Positions 48,391 through 55,681 of a stretch of 57,019 nt of DNA are shown here, piece after piece. Location: positions 1-57,019 of IMG/VR virus record IMGVR_UViG_3300049004_000112; one strand, 5' to 3'. Both the position numbers and the translations under genes were made by a program. Under the pieces are notes generated by a model that was given only the letters and a program-made list of their open reading frames with translations, did not search any database and was not told the origin of the DNA. Origin of the DNA: a virus (lineage: Duplodnaviria; Caudoviricetes). Each line of letters opens with the position of its first letter. Within the stretch, counting starts at the first letter, position 1.

Positions 48391-48666
48391 TCATGCAGCC
48401 TCGCGTTCAAGACGTGATGCGCCGGCCAAGATGGCGTTGATAAGATGCCAGCCGCTCGCAGATGGGCGATAGAACGCGCTTCGCACACTGCCTTCATCGG
48501 GAACAATTTGGCACCACATCTGAATCAGGCCGCGCCGCCACAGCGGCGTCATCGCTTCGCGCTGATCGCGGGTCAGCGTGACCTGTCCGCCATTGGCGCA
48601 GCAAATCGCGAGGTGCTTTAACGTCGCGATTTGCCGATTGGAGAGGCGCTGTTGCGTCACAGGCAC
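48391..48666 (-). CDS. Hypothetical protein (possible wHTH)
   Basis: LSNRQIATL...LWRRGLI; ends EREAA like neighbouring genes. Confidence 0.55.
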   Translation of the reverse strand: MPVTQQRLSNRQIATLKHLAICCANGGQVTLTRDQREAMTPLWRRGLIQMWCQIVPDEGSVRSAFYRPSASGWHLINAILAGASRLEREAA

Positions 48667-49376
48667 TCCCCGATGATTTCACGCTTCAGCGCGCCGACCT
48701 TGTCGTCATCGTCGGACTGAACTTCGCCGTGCAGTGCGACGATCCACCAACGCTCGCCTTTCCATTTCGGAGGGATGAACGTGGCGTGCAGCGCCTGGCG
48801 TGAGCAGATCCGCAGAGGGCCCGCGATTTCCTCGATGATCCCCGGCGCGACCGGCGGGTTCGTACCGCCATTGCATGCGCGGCCATTCTTGTCAGATCGC
48901 CAAAACGCGATAGTGGCGCCACTTTCTTCAAGCTCGCGAAGGCGAGATTGCAAAGTGTCTGGCCATTTCCGGGCGAAGCCCGGGATGGTGGCCAGCCAAT
49001 ATTGCTTGGAGCCGTAGCCGTAGCCGTAGCCGGAGCCGTAGCCGTAGCCGGCGCCGTAGCCGGCGCCGTAGCCGGAGCCGTAGCCGGAGCCGTAGCCGTA
49101 GCCGTAGCCGTAGCCGGCGCCGTAGCCGGCGCCGTAGCCGGAGCCGTAGCCGGAGCCGTAGCCGTAGCCGGCGCCGTAGCCGGCGCCGTAGCCGGAGCCG
49201 TAGCCGGAGCCGTAGCCGGAGCCGTAGCCGGCGCCGTAGCCGGAGCCGTAGCCGGCGCCGTAGCCGGAGCCGTAGCCGGCGCCGTAGCCGGCGCCGTAGC
49301 CGGAGCCGTAGCCGGAGCCTTTAAGAAATGAGTGCGGGACTTCGCCCCGCACAAGTTTTGCTTCGCTTACTTCCAT
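48657..49376 (-). CDS. Gly-Tyr repeat protein
   Basis: 104-residue ([10 protein letters not shown])n tract followed by a globular domain. Confidence 0.75.
   Translation of the reverse strand: MEVSEAKLVRGEVPHSFLKGSGYGSGYGAGYGAGYGSGYGAGYGSGYGAGYGSGYGSGYGSGYGAGYGAGYGYGSGYGSGYGAGYGAGYGYGYGYGSGYGSGYGAGYGAGYGYGSGYGYGYGSKQYWLATIPGFARKWPDTLQSRLRELEESGATIAFWRSDKNGRACNGGTNPPVAPGIIEEIAGPLRICSRQALHATFIPPKWKGERWWIVALHGEVQSDDDDKVGALKREIIGECL
49008..49319. repeat. Tandem 12-bp/6-bp repeat (GCCGTAGCCGG[A/C])
   Basis: Directly visible 312-bp tract. Confidence 0.97.
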
Positions 49377-49674
49377 GGCGCAGCCTCCCAGGCTGCAGCG
49401 GCTGCCGGGGTGCAGAGCGTGACGGAGGTAATGTCACGCAGTTGCATGTCGGCCGCCGGGCCAACACGGGCACCTTTGACCGGTCCCATGTTTGCGAGGC
49501 CTACAAAACCCTTGTTTTCAGTGGGCCAAGAAAGGCAGTTGCGCGCCGAGCGCAGATCGATGAACTCGCCGCTGATATCGGTGGCGTATCCGAAAAACAC
49601 GCCGCGATGTGACGTCGTCACCATCACAGCTCGCTCTTCCTGCTGCTTTGGGACCGGTTCGGGTGGTTAGCCAT
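49367..49674 (-). CDS. DUF6948-like protein (N-terminus frameshifted near 49648)
   Basis: [12 protein letters not shown]...L..AR....W....G..GLA..GP; strong RBS precedes ATG 49674, which is out of frame by one base. Confidence 0.65.
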
Positions 49675-49819
49675 TACTCTTCTCCTGCCCCTGAAAATCG
49701 CCGAGGCGCACGATCACCGAAATTCGAGACAAAACCGCTCACGTCCGGAAATGACCGGACGCGCGCGAAGGCTTAAAAACGCAAGGGGAAGCAACTGGAA
49801 CGCCGGGGAACTCGAAACC

Positions 49820-49966
49820 TTAACGAGGCGACTGGACCTCGCGTAATCTTGTGGCGCTGCGCGCCGGGACATGGCGGGGCTGCAGAAGGGCGACCGCGAC
49901 CAGGAGCGCGGCCGCAAGGCCGAGCAGCACGGGCGAGATGCCTACCAGGAGATCGAGCAGCCTCAT
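49820..49966 (-). CDS. 48-aa membrane protein (not in ORF track)
   Basis: MRLLDLLVGISPVLLGLAAALLVAVALLQ...; ATGA overlap with the upstream stop. Confidence 0.55.
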   Translation of the reverse strand: MRLLDLLVGISPVLLGLAAALLVAVALLQPRHVPARSATRLREVQSPR

Positions 49967-50451
49967 GCCACGCTCACCTTTCGGAAACTGGCCATCGCCT
50001 TTTCGACGGCCGCGCTAATGATGACTTCGTCCCGGGCCTCGACCGCAGCGACCAAGGCGTCGCCGCCGATCTCGTGTAAGGTGGCCTTGCGGGCCTGATC
50101 CCATTTCTCGGCTTCATGACCGATTTGATCGTTGTGATCGGCCATCAGGCATTCGATATCCTTGATGTCCTGATCGGTCAGAACGTGACCAGCGGCGAGG
50201 CCATAGAGCCGCTCGCTTTCGCCGGCGTCGCCGTGCGCATCCACGCCTGACAGGCCATCATGGGCGCGGACGATTGCGATCAGCGCCTTGGCCTCCGCAT
50301 AGCGGTCCAACTCATCCGGCGGGTCGCCCTCGAACTTGTTGGCGACCATTGCCTTCGCGCGATCGACGCGGAACTGCGACATGCGGTCAGTCAAGCGAAC
50401 GGCCAGTGGCCCATGCATCGCGACTGCCTGGGCGCGGGAAAGCTCGCTCAT
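49963..50451 (-). CDS. Hypothetical protein
   Basis: GAGG RBS; lies within the operon. Confidence 0.6.
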   Translation of the reverse strand: MSELSRAQAVAMHGPLAVRLTDRMSQFRVDRAKAMVANKFEGDPPDELDRYAEAKALIAIVRAHDGLSGVDAHGDAGESERLYGLAAGHVLTDQDIKDIECLMADHNDQIGHEAEKWDQARKATLHEIGGDALVAAVEARDEVIISAAVEKAMASFRKVSVA

Positions 50452-50463
50452 GCCGCCCTCCGA

Positions 50464-50712
50464 TCAGCCGATGATCTCGGCATAGACAGCAAGGGCTGCA
50501 CGGGCGTTCGGCTTGCGTTTGCCTTCGATGAGCAGGTTGGCGTGGCGTTCGCTGCACTTGCCTCCCTGCCGCTTGACGCGTTCGGAAAGCCACTGCGCCG
50601 GCTTGATGCCACCAGCAAGAACGATGACGCACCGGCCGAAGCGAGAATTAGGGAACAGTTGTTCCTTAATAGCTTTTGACCGGCGGCGCCGCCGCGCGCT
50701 TGATTCTCCCAT
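50464..50712 (-). CDS. Putative CII-like regulator
   Basis: Basic HTH-like protein downstream of cro. Confidence 0.45.
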   Translation of the reverse strand: MGESSARRRRRSKAIKEQLFPNSRFGRCVIVLAGGIKPAQWLSERVKRQGGKCSERHANLLIEGKRKPNARAALAVYAEIIG

Positions 50713-50938
50713 GACGCGCCCCCTACACAAACAACCCTACGTCGCGAAGGACAGTTGCAGGCCTCACTTGCACATATTGACGCGCGAGTTAGCCCCAATT
50801 CGCAGGTATAACTTGCTTTTTTGTTCCATCGCGGAACGCAAAATAAATGTGTCACATTCCGAACATACGTGGTTAGATCGTCCTTCAAGGGTTTTTGAAG
50901 GGCCTGGGAATGGGAATGGTAGTTCGCTTCCCGCAGCG

Positions 50939-51193
50939 TCATGCGCGGGCCTCTTCGGCTTCGGCTGGCTCTGGCCGCGAGACATCGACCGGCCAATCTG
51001 CGCCACTAGGCCAATTGGTCGAGAACCAGACGAAGGCACGTTCCAGACGCTTGACGTTGATATCCGCTCCGCCTTCCAGCGCGGTAAGTTTCTTCCCGTC
51101 ATTCAAGGCACGCGAGCTAACCGTAGTGAGGGGCACACCCTCAAGTTCGGCATATCGCCGCGCGACCGTCAGTAGAGAATCAATTCCAGACAT
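50939..51193 (-). CDS. Cro-like repressor
   Basis: LLTVARRYAE..G..LTTVSSRALNDGK.L..L..G...WFS.NWP...WP; divergent from cI. Confidence 0.8.
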   Translation of the reverse strand: MSGIDSLLTVARRYAELEGVPLTTVSSRALNDGKKLTALEGGADINVKRLERAFVWFSTNWPSGADWPVDVSRPEPAEAEEARA

Positions 51194-51199
51194 GCATGG

Positions 51200-51242
51200 A
51201 ATATCGGTAAGCCTACCGGTCTTGTCAACGGTAAACGTGCCG
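51200..51242 (-). promoter_or_regulatory. PR-like promoter with two operators
   Basis: TTGACA-N17-GATATT; operators CGGTAAGCCTACCG (51205-51218) and CGGTAAACGTGCCG (51229-51242). Confidence 0.8.
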
Positions 51243-51278
51243 AATGCACAGCTTGGCCGTCCCTGCCATCCTACCGGC

Positions 51279-51599
51279 ATGGACCTGAAGCTGCTTTTGA
51301 CCAATATTGACCGGCACATCCGCGTTCAAAAGACGACGGATAACGCCATTTCCAAGAAGGCCGGGCGGGTCGATGCCATCCGGAACCTGCGCCGGTACGC
51401 GGCCGGAGACATCAAAGGCACATGGACACTGGACGTACTTGATGACGTCGCCAAAGCGCTCGGAACGTCATCATGGGAACTGCTCCGTCCGCCCGGTGCC
51501 GTCCCGGAAGACGGAAGCTTCCGGGACTACATTGACGCTGTAGTTGACGAAAAGCTCGCTCAGGCGTCCTTACCGCGGAAGAAAATAAAACATCGGTAA
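51279..51599 (+). CDS. CI-like XRE HTH repressor lacking S24 peptidase domain
   Basis: AISKKAG...IRNL...TLDVLDDVAKALGTSSWELL; flanked by operators. Confidence 0.75.
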   Translation: MDLKLLLTNIDRHIRVQKTTDNAISKKAGRVDAIRNLRRYAAGDIKGTWTLDVLDDVAKALGTSSWELLRPPGAVPEDGSFRDYIDAVVDEKLAQASLPRKKIKHR

Positions 51600-51643
51600 G
51601 CTTACCGATTTTCCTTGACCGGTAAGATTACCGGTTTTAGATT
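51592..51643 (+). promoter_or_regulatory. PL-like promoter with two operators
   Basis: ATCGGTAAGCTTACCGAT (51592-51609); ACCGGTAAGATTACCGGT (51618-51635); TTGACC-N17-TAGATT. Confidence 0.85.
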
Positions 51644-51693
51644 GTTTCCCGTGAAACAAGAATCACGGGAACGGTCCAGTGGCCAGCACACGA

Positions 51694-52476
51694 TCAATCC
51701 AGCGGGCATTCCTTGGCGAGATCGGCGAAGGCCGCGCGTGCGCCAGATGTCTTGAAGATGCTGGTGCGGCTCACCCCTTGAGCATTTTCGATCCGGACCG
51801 CCGCTTCCCGGCCCTCCTGCATCGCCTTCACCGTCGATTTGTCAGTAACGACCTGAATCACGCGGTTGTCGATCGCAACGCCAGCCGTTTCCAAAACGGG
51901 CTCCAGGTCGACGCGGAACTTCAACTTGAATGCCTCTCCGGTCTGCAACGGCTTCTGGTCGGGACCGGCCTCGATCATCGCAATCGTCAGCTTTTTTTGA
52001 ATGCAGCGGACCGCCAGCGCAATGCCTTGGTCGAAAGCCACGGCGACAAAACTTCCGCCGTCTCCGAAACGGTCCCGCTTCGCGGAAACCATCCATCTGC
52101 CGATCATCCGGTCCTCATAGTCGGTCGGCCCCGGCGCGGCTTCCGCTCGCGCGGGTTGCTGCTGCGGTGCCGCGGGCTTGATAGCGGTTTCAGTGCGCGG
52201 GGTTTCGAGTGGTGCAGGCGGAGGCTTAGGCGCGGCCACGGGCGCGGGCTGGGTCGGCTTCGGCTGCGCTTGCTGGCGCAGCTTGCGATTGCGGCTGGCG
52301 GTGTCGGCATCGAGCACCTGACAATCCGTCATCATCGCGGGAAATTTGCCCGTCGCGCGGATTTCCCGGCCCTGCGGGCACTCATCCTCTCCGATGCGAT
52401 AGCCGCGTCGGGGATCCTGCGCCAAAGCGTTTGTTGCGGCGCACAGCAGGCCCGCCGCGATGACAAGTCGTTTCAT
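51694..52476 (-). CDS. Secreted/periplasmic moron protein
   Basis: Signal peptide MKRLVIAAGLLCAATNALA; Pro-rich linker; beta-rich C-terminal domain with paired Cys; GGGGGAGGG RBS. Confidence 0.75.
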   Translation of the reverse strand: MKRLVIAAGLLCAATNALAQDPRRGYRIGEDECPQGREIRATGKFPAMMTDCQVLDADTASRNRKLRQQAQPKPTQPAPVAAPKPPPAPLETPRTETAIKPAAPQQQPARAEAAPGPTDYEDRMIGRWMVSAKRDRFGDGGSFVAVAFDQGIALAVRCIQKKLTIAMIEAGPDQKPLQTGEAFKLKFRVDLEPVLETAGVAIDNRVIQVVTDKSTVKAMQEGREAAVRIENAQGVSRTSIFKTSGARAAFADLAKECPLD

Positions 52477-52573
52477 CTAGCCCTCCCCCCGCCTTAGCTT
52501 GGTCGCATCCTGCCACTGGCACAACCTTAATTCCAGCGTCCACCCACGAAACAACCTCACGGGAATCAGTTCA

Positions 52574-53005
52574 ATGGCCCTCCGGGACGCCGTAACCGAC
52601 AAGATGGTGAAGGCCGGGCGCGCCGCGTCGCATAAGCACGGCGCCAGTGCCATGCGAGAGATTTACACGGCGATGATGCTGGCGGCGCCCGGCCCGCGCC
52701 CGGGGCATGAAGCGCGCCTAGTCTACGAGACTTGCTGGCATGCCCCGGGCTACCGGGATATGCGCATCATCACGCGCGATCCGAGAACCGGAAACACCTA
52801 CGAGCTCGACCTGAGACCGGCCGACGTCCAGCGCGTCATCTACGATTGCGCCGACGCCGCCAAACAAATCAACAACCATCCTCCGCTCGACTGGGATCAG
52901 TATCGCACGACCATCCATTGGCCGAGCGTCGTCACGTGGATGGCCGGGCCTCCGGCCGCAAAGGATTCAACCGAAACAGTAACCGGAGTTAGTTGCAATG
53001 CGTAA
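52574..53005 (+). CDS. Hypothetical early protein
   Basis: First ORF of the rightward operon; VTDKMVKAG...IYTAMM.AAP motif. Confidence 0.6.
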   Translation: MALRDAVTDKMVKAGRAASHKHGASAMREIYTAMMLAAPGPRPGHEARLVYETCWHAPGYRDMRIITRDPRTGNTYELDLRPADVQRVIYDCADAAKQINNHPPLDWDQYRTTIHWPSVVTWMAGPPAAKDSTETVTGVSCNA

Positions 53006-53438
53006 GCTCTCGGAAATCACCACCTCCATCCTGCCGCCGGCGCCTGCAGGGCGCAGCTATCCCCGCCGACCGGTGAAGGCCTTCTACGCAGGCATTACCT
53101 GCCTGGCGCTGGTCAATCATCAGGAGAGCGCAAGCAAAAAGGCCCTGTACGTCTCCGACGACGGCGATGTCTTGAACGCGGTCTGGGTGCCCAAGGCCTT
53201 GCTCGGGCTGGATAAGAAAGACCGGGGCAGGTTTCTGGTCGCGACCGTATCGAAGGCCTTCGCGGACCGGAAGCAACTCGACTTCGGACGCTTCAAGGCC
53301 GAGTGGGCAGAGCGGCTTTTGCCCGATGAACGCGCGCAATTCGACGACGCCCAGCAAGTCGCAAAACTCTCACGGCAACGGTTTCGCGGCGATGCCACGT
53401 CGCGGCTGTCGCATTTCGGAAGGAACGAATTCGCATGA
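52998..53438 (+). CDS. Hypothetical early protein
   Basis: Coupled ORF; KKALYVSDDG...VWVPK motif. Confidence 0.65.
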   Translation: MRKLSEITTSILPPAPAGRSYPRRPVKAFYAGITCLALVNHQESASKKALYVSDDGDVLNAVWVPKALLGLDKKDRGRFLVATVSKAFADRKQLDFGRFKAEWAERLLPDERAQFDDAQQVAKLSRQRFRGDATSRLSHFGRNEFA

Positions 53439-53737
53439 GCGAAGAATTCGACGGCGCCCGCGAGCCGATGCGCGCGCTGCGCGATCTGATCAACGCCTGC
53501 GAAGGCATCTTCGGCGACGACAACGGCGAACAGGCCATCCTCTCACGCGCACAGGCGGGCTTTGACAGCCTTCGCAAGCTGTTCGGCGATACCCGGCTGG
53601 CCGAAGATACAGCCCACGGGCCGATGATTGAGCCGACGGCAACCGTCCTTTTCATACCCGGCACCATCGATCTAGCAGAGCTCCAGCGAATAAAAGTAAC
53701 TTTCAAAGCCACCCTTCAACGTTTGCAGGTTGGCTGA
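53435..53737 (+). CDS. Hypothetical early protein
   Basis: ATGA-coupled. Confidence 0.55.
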   Translation: MSEEFDGAREPMRALRDLINACEGIFGDDNGEQAILSRAQAGFDSLRKLFGDTRLAEDTAHGPMIEPTATVLFIPGTIDLAELQRIKVTFKATLQRLQVG

Positions 53738-53954
53738 CATGGGCTTCCATCGCATCCCGCAACCTGCAGCCCTCGATCGCGCCAGCCTCACGGCCGTGGT
53801 CGCCAACCTCCTGGCCGAAGAGGTTGCGTTTCTCACCCACACGGCGGACCCGTTCCTAATCGACCACGACTGCCTTAACCCGGCTGGCCATGATCCCATC
53901 GCAACCTGCAGGGACATCGTCTGTTGCCATTGCGCGAAGGTGTTCTTGAAATGA
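53730..53954 (+). CDS. Small Cys/His-rich protein
   Basis: HDCLNPAGH...CCHC. Confidence 0.55.
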   Translation: MADMGFHRIPQPAALDRASLTAVVANLLAEEVAFLTHTADPFLIDHDCLNPAGHDPIATCRDIVCCHCAKVFLK

Positions 53955-54196
53955 GCCGCGCCCCTCACCTTTGGCTGATCGATAGCCCGCTATTCGATAA
54001 TCAATCGCCACGCCTCGCAATGGTCGAGCAGATGGCCAACGCGCTGGTGCGCGAGCAGGCCATGGACATCGAGAGCGATGCGATCCGCAGCCTGCACGGG
54101 GCCGGTTTTCAGATGGCCGATATCGTCATGTGCATCGACGACGCCCGCCAGGCGGCGATGCAGCACATCGTGGCGAGGGAGATGGCAAAGCTGTGA
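53951..54196 (+). CDS. Hypothetical early protein
   Basis: ATGA-coupled. Confidence 0.6.
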   Translation: MSRAPHLWLIDSPLFDNQSPRLAMVEQMANALVREQAMDIESDAIRSLHGAGFQMADIVMCIDDARQAAMQHIVAREMAKL

Positions 54197-54360
54197 GAGA
54201 TCGCAAGGGCGATAAGTCCAAACAGCCGCCAGAATGCAATATCGAACTCGAAAACCATTGCCCTCACATCAAGGAAACGGGAGGCGGGATGCGAGGCGAA
54301 CAATACGAGTGTGACGTTTGCGGCGAGCGGTTTTTCCTCGCTTACGAGGAAATGCGATGA
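54193..54360 (+). CDS. Small Zn-ribbon protein
   Basis: CPH...YECDVCG; GTGA-coupled. Confidence 0.5.
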   Translation: MRDRKGDKSKQPPECNIELENHCPHIKETGGGMRGEQYECDVCGERFFLAYEEMR

Positions 54361-54812
54361 TCCTGCCCCGCCCGCAACGCCTCTCCCATCACGCGCCGCC
54401 CGGCTCGCTGCTGAAGCGCTTCGACGCGCCGACGCCACGGATAGATGCCCGGGTTAAAACCGGGCATGCGGAGCGTGATCCTGACTACCTCAGCATGGTC
54501 CGCCAGTGCCCCTGCCTCAAATGCGGCATGGAGCCTTCAGAAGCCGCCCACGTCAGGTACGCCTGCGCCTCGTTCGGCAAGGCCTCAGGGTTGGCCAAGA
54601 AACCCGACGACCGCTTCGCGCTTCCCTTGTGCTCGGGCTGTCACCGCCTCGATCGCGACGCGCAGCATAACCGCGGCGAGAAGCTGTTCTGGATTCAGCT
54701 TGGCATCAACCCGCTGATCACTTGCGGAAAGCTGTACGCGCAGCGCGGCGACATGGTCGCGATGCGGGCTGTGATTTTTTCGGCGATTGCAGAGAGAGGA
54801 CACCCGTCATGA
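54357..54812 (+). CDS. DUF968-like HNH-fold protein
   Basis: YL..VRQCPCLKCG...AAHV...KPDDRFALPLC..CH...QH. Confidence 0.8.
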   Translation: MILPRPQRLSHHAPPGSLLKRFDAPTPRIDARVKTGHAERDPDYLSMVRQCPCLKCGMEPSEAAHVRYACASFGKASGLAKKPDDRFALPLCSGCHRLDRDAQHNRGEKLFWIQLGINPLITCGKLYAQRGDMVAMRAVIFSAIAERGHPS

Positions 54813-54997
54813 CCACAGCACAGCGCCGCTGGTTGCGGAAAGCCGCGGACTTGAAACCGGGCGAGTATCTGACGTGGGGCACCAGGTCGAACGCCGGCGG
54901 CGCGATCCACCGAATGTTGGACGAGATGAAGGCCCAGGGTTGGCTGAAAGGCCCGCCTTGGCGGATCGCAGCCGGTGGCCGCAAAGCGCTGAAATGA
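54809..54997 (+). CDS. Small hypothetical protein (wHTH-like)
   Basis: ATGA-coupled; MTTAQRRWL...GRKAL. Confidence 0.55.
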   Translation: MTTAQRRWLRKAADLKPGEYLTWGTRSNAGGAIHRMLDEMKAQGWLKGPPWRIAAGGRKALK

Positions 54998-55020
54998 GCC
55001 TGCGCCAATTGGCGCAGGCT
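54997..55020. repeat. 24-bp palindrome copy 4 (intergenic, early operon)
   Basis: AGCCTGCGCCAATTGGCGCAGGCT. Confidence 0.95.
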
Positions 55021-55036
55021 GGCGGGGATCAGGGAA

Positions 55037-55438
55037 ATGACCGAGCAGATGACGGACGAACAGAAAAAATTCTGCAACCAGGTCGCGCAGTGGATGGAAC
55101 GCATCCGCGAGTTTCCCGGCGGCACAACCTTTTTGGTAGACCTGTTCGTTTCGATCTGTGCGACGCAAAGCCTAGATATCGTCGACCGGTCGGACCCTTC
55201 GATCTCGTTACGCCGCGAGATAACGCAGGAACTCTATGACGCCCTGTGGACCTCACGCGAACTCCGCAAGAGCGGCTACACGATGCAGACCGCCGGTAAG
55301 ATCGGCTTGGCCGATCTTTACGCAGCGCACGGAGTGCCGGGACTGCAGCGATTTCTAGAGGTCGCGACGAACAACGCGCTTCACAATGCCGGGCTTTCCG
55401 GCATTTCGCTTTCGCCAGTTCACAACGCGGTCAATTAA
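55037..55438 (+). CDS. Hypothetical protein
   Basis: 133-aa ORF with purine-rich RBS. Confidence 0.55.
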   Translation: MTEQMTDEQKKFCNQVAQWMERIREFPGGTTFLVDLFVSICATQSLDIVDRSDPSISLRREITQELYDALWTSRELRKSGYTMQTAGKIGLADLYAAHGVPGLQRFLEVATNNALHNAGLSGISLSPVHNAVN

Positions 55439-55442
55439 GAAA

Positions 55443-55679
55443 ATGACCCGCCCCGCCACCATCCCGCCCGGCCTGTGGCCGCCCCGAATGCCTGTGGAAA
55501 TGGCAGCGGGCTATTGCGGCGAGCGCTCGGCTGAAACATTCTTGCGCGGGGTGCGGGCCGGAACCTATCCGGAGCCGCGGATCAAGTGCGGGCGGCGTCA
55601 GATATGGTGGAAAGCAGACCTGGACCAGTCGGGTATTGCCGCAAGCGAAACCGCGGCGGACGTCGCGGCGGATTTGTGA
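55443..55679 (+). CDS. Excisionase (AlpA-like HTH)
   Basis: WPPRM...AAGYCG...TF......YPEP......W...DLD; directly upstream of the integrase. Confidence 0.8.
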   Translation: MTRPATIPPGLWPPRMPVEMAAGYCGERSAETFLRGVRAGTYPEPRIKCGRRQIWWKADLDQSGIAASETAADVAADL

Positions 55680-55681
55680 CC

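Noticed and set aside
48230-48394. 54-aa ORF with start/stop overlaps on both sides
   Set aside because: Fits the operon spacing but has low-complexity Ser/Pro composition and no motif; too weak to call
49008-49319. Tandem repeat as a CRISPR array, or the (APAT)n / (VAGA)n ORFs as genes
   Set aside because: There are no unique spacers and no cas genes; only the GY frame continues into a plausible domain coupled to its neighbours
51679-52497. 272-aa plus-strand ORF starting at the GTG after PL
   Set aside because: Fully antisense to a gene with signal peptide and RBS; Arg-rich shadow composition. The start is probably a remnant of the duplicated leader.
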